The translations under genes and the position numbers were made by a program. Below the pieces are notes generated by a model. The model saw nothing but the letters and a program-made list of their open reading frames with translations, was not told where the DNA came from and made no database searches. Positions 28,671-39,497 of a stretch of 64,000 nt of DNA are shown one piece after another. How positions within the stretch are numbered: the stretch's first letter is position 1; every line of letters begins with the position of its first letter. The stretch lies in IMG/VR virus record IMGVR_UViG_3300023202_000247, positions 124,001 to 188,000 of that record. One strand, given 5' to 3'.

Positions 28671-28979
28671 ATGGCAACAACAACTAGTACTAAGAAAAAG
28701 AAGAAAAATTTTGCTGATGCTGTTTGGGACCAAATTGAAAATCAAACTCTAGAACTTTTTGGATTACCAAATCAATTGGTATCTCATAATGTTAAAAGGG
28801 CTAAGATAACACCTGAATTGCTTCATCTACAGCTAAAGTCTCAAGCTGTTCTTCTTCCACTAGAAGAGATTCTAAAGACAATTGAATATGAAGAGGGAAA
28901 GACATATGAAATTGAGCATCAAATGAGATATATCGTTGTTAGAGAAGTTGAAAAACAAGAAATTAAGAATCTGACTTAA
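28671..28979 (+). CDS. hypothetical protein
   Basis: 102-aa ORF. Confidence 0.6.
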   Translation: MATTTSTKKKKKNFADAVWDQIENQTLELFGLPNQLVSHNVKRAKITPELLHLQLKSQAVLLPLEEILKTIEYEEGKTYEIEHQMRYIVVREVEKQEIKNLT

Positions 28980-28982
28980 AAT

Positions 28983-29408
28983 GTGGAAGAGAATCTATAT
29001 TTAGTTATGGGTTGTTGGGGTCGTCAGGATGATGGTTTCATCAGCTGTCCCAGTGTTGAAAACAGAATCTTGCATATCCACAGCGGTTTGGAAAATTATG
29101 ACGCTATCATGGATTACCTTGATAGCGTCAGACTTTTTGATAGACCTCTTTATGATAACAATGCTATAAGGCATCTTATTTATAATATGCAAGACAAGTA
29201 TTTGGAACAGCTCAGGCCGATTTGGAACCCCAAGAGGTATGACCTATTAGAAAAGTTTATTGTAAGCCACAAAAGCTGTGGTGTATACGTAAAGTTGTGT
29301 TTAATCAATCCCGAATTGGAGCCAAAAAAGGAAGAACGGAGCGATGATGAAGCTGTTTTCGTTCAAGCTGCGCCAAATTTGAAGCTTGTTGATGATACAT
29401 ACAGCTAA
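28983..29408 (+). CDS. hypothetical protein
   Basis: 141-aa ORF. Confidence 0.6.
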   Translation: MEENLYLVMGCWGRQDDGFISCPSVENRILHIHSGLENYDAIMDYLDSVRLFDRPLYDNNAIRHLIYNMQDKYLEQLRPIWNPKRYDLLEKFIVSHKSCGVYVKLCLINPELEPKKEERSDDEAVFVQAAPNLKLVDDTYS

Positions 29409-29428
29409 TTACATCGCATACTTTCATG
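29407..29428 (+). promoter_or_regulatory. putative late promoter motif
   Basis: AATTA-catc-GCAT-actttc-ATG. Confidence 0.5.
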
Positions 29429-29767
29429 AGTACAGTTACAGAAGACGCCTATGAAAGACTCAAAAAAATGCTTGATGGCAAAGAAAAAGAAATCAAGTAT
29501 GTAATGTTAACTTTTTCAGAGAAAGATAAATATGAGATTTATCAACTGATAAAGAATTCTTTGATTAGGCATGCAGATGTTCCAGATTATCACGCAGATA
29601 TATTAAGCGATCATTTACTTACTAGTGTTTTGGGCATATTTGACCTGAAACAAAAGAAACATGCTAACAATATAGCCCGTCAAGGTGGTAAGGTATTGTC
29701 TGAAGAAGAGGTAGAAAAGCAAGAGACCGGAAAGCTTTCTCCTATGTTTTCTCGTGTTGATGAATAA
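29426..29767 (+). CDS. hypothetical protein
   Basis: 113-aa ORF, no SD, preceded by the motif. Confidence 0.6.
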   Translation: MSTVTEDAYERLKKMLDGKEKEIKYVMLTFSEKDKYEIYQLIKNSLIRHADVPDYHADILSDHLLTSVLGIFDLKQKKHANNIARQGGKVLSEEEVEKQETGKLSPMFSRVDE

Positions 29768-29784
29768 TTTCGCATCTTTTCATG
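29763..29784 (+). promoter_or_regulatory. putative late promoter motif
   Basis: AATAA-tttc-GCAT-cttttc-ATG. Confidence 0.5.
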
Positions 29785-30057
29785 GCTGATGAGGTTGATA
29801 AAGCAAATAAAATGCTTGCAATGGAAAGAAGAAAAGAGATTCTTAGTTTAGTTAAAGATATCTTGAGTGGTAAAGTTAATAGTGAAGAAATGCCGCTGAG
29901 TGATTTATTCGAGCTTTGGACTTCAGTTAGAGATCAATATCAGTTATTTGGTCCACGTCGTACTTACATAAGCCCAGATGACAGAAGCTCATATGATTAT
30001 GGATACATGCATATTCATGATATGAATGCTGGAACTCCTAACAACTGGGATGAATGA
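29782..30057 (+). CDS. hypothetical protein
   Basis: 91-aa ORF. Confidence 0.6.
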   Translation: MADEVDKANKMLAMERRKEILSLVKDILSGKVNSEEMPLSDLFELWTSVRDQYQLFGPRRTYISPDDRSSYDYGYMHIHDMNAGTPNNWDE

Positions 30058-30066
30058 GGTAATAAT

Positions 30067-30462
30067 ATGTCTAGAACAATAAATAAACAACATCTTTATA
30101 GATTGAAAGCGCAAGCCAATGAGGCAAAAATTCAAGGTTTGACAAAGGTTGCCTCTAGCTTGGAAGAGCAGGTAAATAAAGCTGTAGTTAGAGATGATAA
30201 AGTTGGTTATACTTATGATCAAAAATCATTAGAAAAAGATGTAAATAATAGTCTTTGGACTGCTGCTACGAGAATTGCTGATTATCTTGGAGTTGTTGCT
30301 GATGGTCGAACGGTTCAAGGAATTGTTGATTCACTGTCTGAAGAATTATTTTTATCGATTTGTAATGCCTCTAACACTCCAGATGGAGTGGGCAAGTATG
30401 AGCCACAAGTTCCGGGTGAGAATCGTGCCGTTATAGAGTTAGAAATTGAAGCTGAGGATTGA
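30067..30462 (+). CDS. hypothetical protein, possibly virion
   Basis: GAGG SD; contains TKVAS. Confidence 0.6.
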   Translation: MSRTINKQHLYRLKAQANEAKIQGLTKVASSLEEQVNKAVVRDDKVGYTYDQKSLEKDVNNSLWTAATRIADYLGVVADGRTVQGIVDSLSEELFLSICNASNTPDGVGKYEPQVPGENRAVIELEIEAED

Positions 30463-30465
30463 TTC

Positions 30466-30945
30466 ATGACAGAAAGAGTTCCGTTTGGTGCAGATTATGA
30501 TGTAGAGAAAGCTGAGAAACAGCAGCGTGTTGGTTTAAAAATTCAAAACAAACAACCTCCACTGCCAACTCCATCTGAACAACAAGAAAATTTGCACCGT
30601 TCTGCACAACAAGTTGTGAACGATGATCTTGCTTTGGTTCAACAAACGCAACTGTTGGTTAATAAATTCTTAAAAACACTCAATGAAAAAATGTTAAGTG
30701 TGAACAAGTCACCGATAGCGAAGTCTGTTGAGAAGACTAACGTAATGGAACTCGTCAACCTTGCTTTGAGCATCAATCAAGATGAAAACAAACCTGAAGG
30801 TTATGGATCGATAGCATTATGCAACTTACTATTGAAAAGTATGTTGAATCAGCGCGATCGTATAAACGAGTTAGAGTTTAAATTGGAAAAGGTCAGCAAA
30901 GAATTGTCGAGACTCTCGGCCATGGAGACCAATAAAGGTGACTAA
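30466..30945 (+). CDS. hypothetical coiled-coil protein
   Basis: 159-aa ORF. Confidence 0.6.
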   Translation: MTERVPFGADYDVEKAEKQQRVGLKIQNKQPPLPTPSEQQENLHRSAQQVVNDDLALVQQTQLLVNKFLKTLNEKMLSVNKSPIAKSVEKTNVMELVNLALSINQDENKPEGYGSIALCNLLLKSMLNQRDRINELEFKLEKVSKELSRLSAMETNKGD

Positions 30946-31020
30946 GTATGATAAAATGAGTGAACACCTTCTAGAATTGATTGTAGAAGAGAAGGAACGC
31001 TTTGCAGAATACGAAAGATT

Positions 31021-31680
31021 ATGCACTCACTACGGAGTAGACCCCCATCCGATTGCACAGGCAATGGCAACATCCAGAGTAATGACGCTGGAAGAGATGA
31101 AGAGCGTGCTCCAAGAAACCTTCCAAGAGACAAAGAAACACTCATAAAGGTCGCTAACAAAAAAGCATCATTGAACGATGTATTTGCACAATACAATATT
31201 GTCATAAATAGATTTAATAGTGAAAAATGGAGTGAGAGTATAACGTGTCCTTTTCCCCATCATAAAGGTGGTAAAGAGAGAACTCCTTCATTTGGTTATA
31301 ATTTTGAAGAGGATAGATTCAATTGTTTTGGATGTTCCTCGAGAGGTGGCGCAGTAGAATTCATCAGTTTGATGGAACGAATGCGGCCCGAGTTGGTAGC
31401 TGAACAGCTCATCATTCAAGCCGGTGGATATGATATCACCGATGAAGAAATAGAAAAGAAAGATGAAGGTATAGATAAGGTATTATTTGCATTTGCAATA
31501 TGGTTATCTAACCTTACTCAAAAAAATAGAAATAATAAACCGGTTCTCTCTCAAATTGAGAAAGTAAACTGGTGGTTTGATAATTATTTCTTGAATAATG
31601 CTCCAAGAAATAGAATAGCTCTGGATGAGCTAACGGCCAGAATAGAAAAGGCTAAGGAGATTTTGTCTAAATATGAGTGA
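31021..31680 (+). CDS. stand-alone CHC2 zinc finger (DnaG zinc-binding-domain-like) protein
   Basis: CPFPHH...ERTPSF...FNCFGC...GGAVEFISLME; no TOPRIM; start uncertain. Confidence 0.8.
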   Translation: MHSLRSRPPSDCTGNGNIQSNDAGRDEERAPRNLPRDKETLIKVANKKASLNDVFAQYNIVINRFNSEKWSESITCPFPHHKGGKERTPSFGYNFEEDRFNCFGCSSRGGAVEFISLMERMRPELVAEQLIIQAGGYDITDEEIEKKDEGIDKVLFAFAIWLSNLTQKNRNNKPVLSQIEKVNWWFDNYFLNNAPRNRIALDELTARIEKAKEILSKYE

Positions 31681-32920
31681 TAAATATATCATCCTTGGAG
31701 ATGTTCACCTTGGTAAAGGTTTGAAGATGGGAAAGCCTGGTGACAATGGTGAACTCAACAGCAGGATAAAAGACCAAATAAAGTTGCTTGATTGGACTTT
31801 GGACAGAGCGCTAGAACATAAAGCAAAAACGATATTTGTAACTGGCGATGTATATGAAGATCCACGTCCCGTTCCGGCACTGATTCGCATCTTCATGGAA
31901 TGGGTAAAGAAATGTGAAAAAAGTGAAATTTCTGTACACGTGCTGATGGGCAATCATGACCTCATCAAAAGTGGTGCTTATACCGTTTCAGCTTTGGATA
32001 TCATTCCAGCAGTAGAGTTGCCCTCAACTAAAGTTTATAAAAATGTTGAAACTCTTCACTTTGATAAAGTATCTTTTACTCTCGTTCCATATAGAGACCG
32101 TCGGTTATATGATGCTGAAACTTTGACAGAGGGTAAAGAAAAACTCTTTGCAGAGTTTGAGAAAGAACATGAGTCGGTTCCAGATGGAAATAAAAAGGTT
32201 CTCATAGGTCACTTGGCGCTAGAAGGTTCGCTCTACGTTGGTGATGAAATAGAAGATATGAGCAATGAGCTTTTTTGTTCATTTCATATGTTTTCTAACT
32301 ATGATTATGTGTGGATGGGACATATTCACAATCCACAAGTATTACAACAAAAGCCACGTTGTGCTCACGTTGGCAGTATGGATCGTTCCGACTTCGGAGC
32401 AAATGAACTCAAGTATGATAAAATCATCATCTTGATTGATCCTGATTCAAAAGAATTCTTTAAAGAAATTATCATACCTACTCGTAATTTACTAGATATA
32501 AAAATTGAAGTGCCCGATGGTAAAGATACCACTGATTTTATCATAAACTATCTTCATTCTTATGATAAAGATAATTCTCTGAAAGATGCTATAGTTAGAT
32601 TAACCATTGAATTAGAAGGCGCAGAGATTTTGAATATGAATCGAAAAAAGGTTCATGAATTCATATTAAACAATCTCGGCGCACATCACATATGTCAAAC
32701 ATCTGAATCTAGAAATATAAGTGTTGTACCTTTAAAGAAAAAAGTAAAAGATGAAAAAACTGGAGAGGATATTGAACAGGATATTCTTATTTTTTCCAAT
32801 GATATGAGTTTAAAAACTGTCATCAACACATATATTGATGCTTTGGAGCTTCCCGATGACAAAGATAGAGAATCTGTTCGGGAATTCATGCTTGATTGCA
32901 TCCAGGAGACTCAAAAATGA
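31673..32920 (+). CDS. sbcD: SbcD/Mre11-like nuclease
   Basis: GDVHLG, TGDVYE, MGNHD, GHL, MGHIH, GSM. Confidence 0.88.
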   Translation: MSDKYIILGDVHLGKGLKMGKPGDNGELNSRIKDQIKLLDWTLDRALEHKAKTIFVTGDVYEDPRPVPALIRIFMEWVKKCEKSEISVHVLMGNHDLIKSGAYTVSALDIIPAVELPSTKVYKNVETLHFDKVSFTLVPYRDRRLYDAETLTEGKEKLFAEFEKEHESVPDGNKKVLIGHLALEGSLYVGDEIEDMSNELFCSFHMFSNYDYVWMGHIHNPQVLQQKPRCAHVGSMDRSDFGANELKYDKIIILIDPDSKEFFKEIIIPTRNLLDIKIEVPDGKDTTDFIINYLHSYDKDNSLKDAIVRLTIELEGAEILNMNRKKVHEFILNNLGAHHICQTSESRNISVVPLKKKVKDEKTGEDIEQDILIFSNDMSLKTVINTYIDALELPDDKDRESVREFMLDCIQETQK

Positions 32921-35061
32921 TTCCTATAAGCTTATCGATGGTTAATTTTATGAATCATCGAAAAACATTTATAGATTTTTCTACTTTTCAAAAAGCACTT
33001 ATCGTTGCAAAATCGGATAAAGATCCGCGCGTGTCGAATGGTCTCGGCAAAACTACAGTTATTAGTGCGATTGAATATGCTATATTTGGTGAAGTTCCTA
33101 CATCAACTTTGGATAAAGTCGTTCACGATAATCAAAAAAAATGTGATGTTAAGTTTTCTTTTGAACTTGACGGGTGCATCTATCGCATAGAGCGAGCAAC
33201 AACGGCAAAAGGCAAAAGCAATCTCAAGTTTTACCAAGTTATAGATGGTAAAGATGTACCGTTGCATGGCAATCGTGTTCCCGAGACTAAAGCTGAGATA
33301 GCTAAGACTATAAAGATAAGTCATAAAGCATTTTCTCACGCTATCAAGTTTGGTCAACGTGATATCTCGCAAATTGCTGCTGAGAAAACTTCTGATAAGA
33401 GAAAAGCCATTTTGAAAGAACCGCTCAATCTTCAAATATATTCGAAGTTGGAAAAGCAGGCAAAAGAAAAGATGACCGTCATCAACAAAGATGTTCAAGC
33501 TTTGGAGGCGGTTATCGAATCTTTGGGTGACCCAAAGGCAGAGATTGTTGCAGCTGAAAGCGAATTGAAGTTTAGCTCATCCGAAATAGATTCTAAAAAA
33601 GCAACCATACTAAAACTATCTAAATCAATAGATAGTAAAAGAGAATCCCTCGAATCGTTGAAAAAGATGTTATCTTCTTCAGATACTGAAATACATGATA
33701 AAATTTCTCAACTTGGTAAGCGTTCAAAGGAACTGAAAAATATAATTGAATCATCCAATGAACGAGTTCAATCATCCTCAGATGAAATCAAAAAACAAAA
33801 AGCTAAACTGGCATCTCTTCGCAAGACACAGGCTGAGCTAGAAGCCAAGTTATCAAAGTTTGATGAAAATAATTTGCCTGATGCAGATGACTTGTATAAA
33901 AAATTAGATAAAGTATCCAATGATGAAATTGTTGGCGTCAAATTGTTAGCAAAGTTGGAGGCTGAATTTGATCAGGCAAATAAAACGCTCCCTAATGGTG
34001 ATATTTGTTCTGCATGTATGCAACCCATAACAAAAGAACACAGAGATAGTGTCGAACAAGAAGTCAATAAAGTATTAGAAGAAAAAGCTAAACAAATTAA
34101 ACATATCAAAACTAATCTTACAAAGTGTAAGAATAAAAAAGATAGTTTGAAAAAACAGCATGCTCAAGCTTTGAAAACAATTAGTGAATATAAAGATGCA
34201 AAACAAGCAAAACAACGTTTGATAAATGACATTTCTAGTAGCGAAGAATATATTCAAGCTGCTGAAAAACGTATGAATGTTTCTGATGCAGAGGTTAAAA
34301 CGGCTCGTAATGAATTGGAAACTGTTGGGAAAGACCTCGAAACTTTAAAAGATAGCGCCAAAAAAAGCAATGTTGCTGAATTAAATAACAAGATATTTTC
34401 AGCAACGGATGAGCTTCGGGTTTATGAGCGTTCCTTAGAAAATGTAAATGATGAATTACACAAGGCACAGGAACGTTTCGGTTCGGCCACTGCACGCATG
34501 GATTCTGCTAAAAAGAATTTGGAAAAACTGAATAAAAATAACAAACAGTTAAAAGATAAAAAATATCAGCAGAAAATTGGTCAAATTGGAACCCACGCAT
34601 TTTCTTCCGGTGGTATTCCAACGAATATCATTTATAGTGTGGTAAACGAACTTCAATCTGAAACCAACTCTTGGCTCTCAGAGATTAGACCCGACCTCGG
34701 TATTCAGTTTGATGCTGAGCTGAACCTCATCTTCACCGTCTCTGGAAGAGAAAAAGAGTGGTCACAGCTTAGCACGGGTCAACAAATGTATGTTACATTA
34801 GCTATAAAAATTGGTTTGTCTAGAATAATTCAAAAAAAGGTTGGAACGGATATTAGGTTCATGCTTTTGGATGAAGTAGACCAGTCTTTAGATGCCTCCG
34901 GCGTTGAAGCGTATCAAAATATCATGAGAAAGCTCGAAAACGATTTCAAATTACTTGTTGTGACTCATAATGATGAACTCAAAGATAGCTTTTCACATGC
35001 TATATTAGTTGAGGGGAACACTGAAGAGGGCGTTAATGGTACAGTTGTTAGTAGTTGGTGA
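32917..35061 (+). CDS. sbcC: SbcC/Rad50-like ATPase
   Basis: NGLGKT Walker A, long coiled coil with CSAC hook, LSTGQ signature, LLDEVDQSLD, VTH. Confidence 0.9.
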   Translation: MIPISLSMVNFMNHRKTFIDFSTFQKALIVAKSDKDPRVSNGLGKTTVISAIEYAIFGEVPTSTLDKVVHDNQKKCDVKFSFELDGCIYRIERATTAKGKSNLKFYQVIDGKDVPLHGNRVPETKAEIAKTIKISHKAFSHAIKFGQRDISQIAAEKTSDKRKAILKEPLNLQIYSKLEKQAKEKMTVINKDVQALEAVIESLGDPKAEIVAAESELKFSSSEIDSKKATILKLSKSIDSKRESLESLKKMLSSSDTEIHDKISQLGKRSKELKNIIESSNERVQSSSDEIKKQKAKLASLRKTQAELEAKLSKFDENNLPDADDLYKKLDKVSNDEIVGVKLLAKLEAEFDQANKTLPNGDICSACMQPITKEHRDSVEQEVNKVLEEKAKQIKHIKTNLTKCKNKKDSLKKQHAQALKTISEYKDAKQAKQRLINDISSSEEYIQAAEKRMNVSDAEVKTARNELETVGKDLETLKDSAKKSNVAELNNKIFSATDELRVYERSLENVNDELHKAQERFGSATARMDSAKKNLEKLNKNNKQLKDKKYQQKIGQIGTHAFSSGGIPTNIIYSVVNELQSETNSWLSEIRPDLGIQFDAELNLIFTVSGREKEWSQLSTGQQMYVTLAIKIGLSRIIQKKVGTDIRFMLLDEVDQSLDASGVEAYQNIMRKLENDFKLLVVTHNDELKDSFSHAILVEGNTEEGVNGTVVSSW

Positions 35062-35064
35062 AAT

Positions 35065-35778
35065 ATGATTATAGGAATACACGGAAAAGCCGGTTCGGGT
35101 AAAGATACATTTGCAACATATTTGTCAGAAATGGCTAAAACAGAGCATGGTTTTAGAGGGTGTAAGATTGCATTTGCAGATCCCATCAAACGCTATGCAA
35201 AAGATGCTTTTGAATTTTCGGATGAACAGCTTTGGGGAACATCTGAAAAAAGAAACTCTCCGGATAAAAGATATCCGAGACAACATGATTTTAACGATTC
35301 GGGAGAATGTTTTTGTTGTGGTGCACATCGCGATAGCGATTCTCAATGTTATCTTACTCCAAGATATTCTCTTCAACTGATGGGAAGCCAGTGGGGACGT
35401 AAGTGTTATGATGATATCTGGGTTCAAAAGGCTGTGAACACTGCGAATCATTTGCTTGAAAATGATTCGGATTATGTGCCACAACATGGCACGATAAATT
35501 CTTCAATTTTTACAAAACATGATTTCATAAATATCTCTGATTTGAGATTCGAGAATGAAGCTCGCGGCTTGAGACGGGCCGGCGCTCTCTTGGTAAAAGT
35601 TAAGAGGCCCATCTCGTCATTGAGCGGCGCTAGTGCAAATCATGATAGTGAATGGGGCTTGCCAGATGAATTGTTTGATGAAATTATATTAAATGATTCT
35701 GTCCTAGATTCTTTCTTTGAAAAGACTCGAAACTTCTTGGGCAGAATAACACCTTCTATTCTAACCAATAGGCATTGA
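35065..35778 (+). CDS. deoxynucleoside monophosphate kinase
   Basis: IIGIHGKAGSGKDT, AFADPIK, PRYSLQLMG, SDLRFENE, HDSE. Confidence 0.85.
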   Translation: MIIGIHGKAGSGKDTFATYLSEMAKTEHGFRGCKIAFADPIKRYAKDAFEFSDEQLWGTSEKRNSPDKRYPRQHDFNDSGECFCCGAHRDSDSQCYLTPRYSLQLMGSQWGRKCYDDIWVQKAVNTANHLLENDSDYVPQHGTINSSIFTKHDFINISDLRFENEARGLRRAGALLVKVKRPISSLSGASANHDSEWGLPDELFDEIILNDSVLDSFFEKTRNFLGRITPSILTNRH

Positions 35779-35834
35779 TTGATATATTCTTAGATAGAGG
35801 AGGTTGAACATCACATGATGTAAGCAGGTACAAA

Positions 35835-36140
35835 ATGCTCAAAGTAACTACAAGAACTTGTGAAGAATATGAATCTATTCTTCGCTCTCGCGGAGAAGCT
35901 GGATTGTATAAATATGCTTTGGGTCTTGGTGTAATTAATAGGGTTGATTATGCTTTTACAGAGGTGATGTTGCTTGATAAGTCGGACGCTTTTTTCTCTT
36001 TAGCCAGAGGTACGGGCAATGACAATTATTTCGTAATAGGCAGAGTATTACGAAAGGCTGCACACCGTTTATATAGATATGCTCATAAAGATAACGAAGA
36101 GCATCCTGTTAATGGACGCTTTCTCAATCTAGTAAAGTAA
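35835..36140 (+). CDS. hypothetical protein
   Basis: 101-aa ORF. Confidence 0.55.
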   Translation: MLKVTTRTCEEYESILRSRGEAGLYKYALGLGVINRVDYAFTEVMLLDKSDAFFSLARGTGNDNYFVIGRVLRKAAHRLYRYAHKDNEEHPVNGRFLNLVK

Positions 36141-36160
36141 AATGATAGCATTAGTATATG
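36139..36160 (+). promoter_or_regulatory. putative late promoter motif
   Basis: AAAAT-gata-GCAT-tagtat-ATG. Confidence 0.45.
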
Positions 36161-37144
36161 TCCGTAATTTCAATAACAATAACAGAAAGTGATGTAGAAA
36201 TCATTGCAGGTATACCTCAAACCGTATCACTTTCGTCCAATATTCCAGCTTCTATTTTTTATACGCTTGATGGTACAGAACCAACTACGTCAAGCAACGT
36301 TTACACTACGGCGCTATCCATTCCAACCAATCAAAACGCGGTAACTCTCAAAGTATTTGCAACTGATGGGGTAAATAGTTCACCAATTTTGACTTGGGAG
36401 TTCAAATCAGATTTCATCGGAGATAGAAGGCCCAGAGATGAAGTCACGAATATTGATAATACATGCAATAAAAACTCTATTTTTGCATCGAGAACCCAAT
36501 CTGGTTCCGCTATTTATGGAAATACTGCCGGCATAACAGTTGACGCTCCAGATTTGCCAGGAATTGGCGATGGTTATGATGGTACTGGTACTAGCAAGTT
36601 TGCTGATTATACCGACCTACCGCTCGATGATTATGAAATCATTTACTCTGAAACAAACTATATAGGAGAAACTGGTAAGGGGCTCGGAACATTACCGGCA
36701 CACGTAACTATACGAATTCCATTTCCCGTTCAAGAACCATCAGTTGGCACCGGCTCCAACAAAACTTCTAGTTTGCTTTTTAATCCAAAAAGTTTGGTTA
36801 TCTTTCAGGATAGCCGTGAACCTGATCCGATACCAACAGTCAACAGACCTTTCTTCTCGTTAGAGAATCAAGAAAAAGCGCGCTATGGTGTTGGTTATTT
36901 TACCACAGCGTTTGAAGGTAATACGGTTCATGGATCAGCTTTAAAGAGTCAATACAATCCAACTGACGGAACTATAACATACTATTATAGAGATTCTTTA
37001 ACTAACAGATGGATTATATCTAAGACGCCTTATACTCCGCAGCCACAGGGAATAAACAATTTGTCTAGAATTGTTTTTGGTCGAGGTGAGGGCGTCGGAA
37101 AAGTATTTAAGTGGATTCTGTTCAAGTACAGAACACTATGGTAA
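36158..37144 (+). CDS. probable virion protein with chitobiase/FN3-associated Ig-like domain
   Basis: IFYTLDGTEPTTSSNVYT...TLKVFA; T/S/G-rich. Confidence 0.65.
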   Translation: MSVISITITESDVEIIAGIPQTVSLSSNIPASIFYTLDGTEPTTSSNVYTTALSIPTNQNAVTLKVFATDGVNSSPILTWEFKSDFIGDRRPRDEVTNIDNTCNKNSIFASRTQSGSAIYGNTAGITVDAPDLPGIGDGYDGTGTSKFADYTDLPLDDYEIIYSETNYIGETGKGLGTLPAHVTIRIPFPVQEPSVGTGSNKTSSLLFNPKSLVIFQDSREPDPIPTVNRPFFSLENQEKARYGVGYFTTAFEGNTVHGSALKSQYNPTDGTITYYYRDSLTNRWIISKTPYTPQPQGINNLSRIVFGRGEGVGKVFKWILFKYRTLW

Positions 37145-37150
37145 GATAAC

Positions 37151-37990
37151 ATGAAAATAACAGCCAGCATAAGAGGCGGCTATGATGATACTAATGCAGA
37201 CCTTACTCTTTCTGTAAGTAAAGCTCAATCATTTGATAAATGTGCCGCTAAGTTCAAATATTCTTATATAGAAAAGCTTCCCAAGAAAACTTGGGACTTT
37301 CATATCTTTGGAAAATATCTTCACGATATACTGGAAACGTTTCATCAAAAATATATAGATGGTGATGACCGACCCTCGAACAAGGTGATGACAGAATGTT
37401 TTTCTTCTAGTATGGAACGCTTTCCAGATTTAACTTCTGAACAAAAGGCAGAAGCTTTTCAAATTTGTAAACGTTATTTACAGTTGATGGCTAATGAAGA
37501 AAAAAATGGTACACTGCCAGAGATTTTATCGGTTGAAAAATCATTTTTCATAGATGTTAATGAACAAGTTCTCATCAATGGCTTCATTGATAGAATTCAA
37601 AGAGATAATGATGGCTTGTTACATGTGGCAGATTATAAAACATCGAAAAGTGATCGATATGTCAAGAATGATTTCTTTCAATTGATGACATATGCATTTG
37701 TTTTGATGACGGAGGAACCAAAGCTCGAAAAAATTCGAGCATCGTATATAATGTTACGTTTAGATTGTAAACACATTACAAAAGAGTTTACTAGAGATGA
37801 AGTTATGCCAATCGCAGAAACATTTCTAGAATACGGAGAAAAAATTTCAGAAGAGAAGATTTGGAGACCCAATCCACAATTTCTTTGCAAATATTGCGAT
37901 TATCTTGATATTTGTTCAGATGGCAGAGATTATCTTGACGCTCGAAATATAGAGCATGACTCCCACAGTTGGGGGATTCAATCATGGTAG
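37151..37990 (+). CDS. PD-(D/E)XK nuclease, Cas4/AddB/RecB-like
   Basis: LSVSK...C, G..LH, VEK, GFIDRI, DYKT, QL..Y, CKYC...C. Confidence 0.85.
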   Translation: MKITASIRGGYDDTNADLTLSVSKAQSFDKCAAKFKYSYIEKLPKKTWDFHIFGKYLHDILETFHQKYIDGDDRPSNKVMTECFSSSMERFPDLTSEQKAEAFQICKRYLQLMANEEKNGTLPEILSVEKSFFIDVNEQVLINGFIDRIQRDNDGLLHVADYKTSKSDRYVKNDFFQLMTYAFVLMTEEPKLEKIRASYIMLRLDCKHITKEFTRDEVMPIAETFLEYGEKISEEKIWRPNPQFLCKYCDYLDICSDGRDYLDARNIEHDSHSWGIQSW

Positions 37991-38226
37991 TAGCTGCCTC
38001 GAAACAAAAGGATGGTATATGCCAAAAAATGAAGAGACGGTTGTTAATGATGCAATTCAATTTTGGAGAGGTTACACCCAAGCAATGGAATCCTTTTTGG
38101 ATAATAACAAAGAAAAGTTAACGGATAGTATATACAAATATGTTACTGATGATATAAATCATGCATCAGATATGGTTGAAGAATATAGAGATAGACTTCA
38201 CATCTTGAAAAGAAAGAAAGTTAAAA

Positions 38227-39480
38227 ATGCAAGAACAAATAAGAAATGACAAGTACAATATTGATTTTGAAAAGTTGGAAGATTGCAAATTCAAAATTTA
38301 TTATGAGTCTAATAAAAGTTCTGTAAAAGAAAAGAGAAGTGAGGCGATTGAGGAGCTTCGTAAGCTTCCAATACCGGGCTTTCGTCCAGGCAAAGCTACA
38401 AATCAAGCTATCGAAAGTAAATTCAGTCAAAAGATTGATGATTATATCGTCAATCAACTAGCTGGTTCCGCTGTAGATGCTGTTCTTTTCGAAACGCAAT
38501 GGAAAACGATTGGGCGGCCTAGAATTGAAAAGTATTCTGTTGATGATGGCAAATTCAATTGTGAGTTTGTTTTGTGTACACGTCCAGCAGTAGAGTTGCC
38601 AGAGTATCAATCTTTTGAAATTCCAAAGCCAGATGTTAATGATGACACTGAAGGACGTGTGGAAAAGATGCTTGGTGATATCCGCATGCGTCACGGTGAT
38701 ACAGAGCTGTATCAAGAGGGTGACTTCGTTGAGCGTGGAGACCAAATAACATTGGATATCAAAGCTACATGCAATGATGTTGTAATTGATGACTTTTGTG
38801 AAAATGGAATTCTTTACCAAGTTGGAAATGGTTGGAAAGACATTTTAGACTTCGATGACAATATCTTGGGAATGATGCCTGATGATATTCGAGAGTTCGA
38901 GGTAACGGTTCCAGTATATGGAAGGATAGATATAAAAGTTACGTTGCATGCTGGTACCAAGAAAAAGATGGCGGCGTTGACCGATGAACTGGCTCAAAAA
39001 GTCGGGCTGGAAAATGTTGATGATATCAAAGAGAAGGTGCGTGTCGTTGTAAAGCAAAATATAGATCAAGAACGCTCTTATCTCGTTGCTGAGCAGGTTC
39101 AAAATAGGCTTTTGGATGAGGCCAAGGTTGATGTGCCAAAATGGCTATTATCTTTAGAGGCGCAAAATGCTGCATCTCAAAGCGGAGTGGAGTTCGAATC
39201 CCTTTCTGATGATGAGAAAAAGATATTTGAACAAGATGCTGAGAAAAGAGTCAAGATGAGTCTCATCTTTGAAACTATTCGTGATGAACAGCCTGAAGCT
39301 GTGCTTAGCGATGAAGAGTTGAGACAAGCTGTGTCACAACAGCTCATGGCTCGTGGAATTGATCCGGAAAAGTTCCTCGTCGAGCAGCATGCACAAGGTC
39401 AACTGTTGGGTATGATGGCTGCGTTGCAACATCAGTACACATTACAATGGCTAATTGATCAGGTTACACTGATTGATTGA
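38227..39480 (+). CDS. tig: trigger factor
   Basis: IPGFRPGKA ribosome-binding signature, FKBP-like middle (GDQITLD, FDDNILGM), helical C domain. Confidence 0.85.
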   Translation: MQEQIRNDKYNIDFEKLEDCKFKIYYESNKSSVKEKRSEAIEELRKLPIPGFRPGKATNQAIESKFSQKIDDYIVNQLAGSAVDAVLFETQWKTIGRPRIEKYSVDDGKFNCEFVLCTRPAVELPEYQSFEIPKPDVNDDTEGRVEKMLGDIRMRHGDTELYQEGDFVERGDQITLDIKATCNDVVIDDFCENGILYQVGNGWKDILDFDDNILGMMPDDIREFEVTVPVYGRIDIKVTLHAGTKKKMAALTDELAQKVGLENVDDIKEKVRVVVKQNIDQERSYLVAEQVQNRLLDEAKVDVPKWLLSLEAQNAASQSGVEFESLSDDEKKIFEQDAEKRVKMSLIFETIRDEQPEAVLSDEELRQAVSQQLMARGIDPEKFLVEQHAQGQLLGMMAALQHQYTLQWLIDQVTLID

Positions 39481-39497
39481 TTTGGAGAAAGTAACAA

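Noticed and set aside
37151-37990. Cas4-like nuclease as evidence of a CRISPR system
   Set aside because: No repeat-spacer array or other cas gene seen; solo Cas4/AddB-like nucleases are common in phage replication modules
32005-38600. Identical 18-mer TCCAGCAGTAGAGTTGCC at 32005 and 38583
   Set aside because: Only two copies, both in coding sequence (PAVELP); plausibly chance, with no flanking structure
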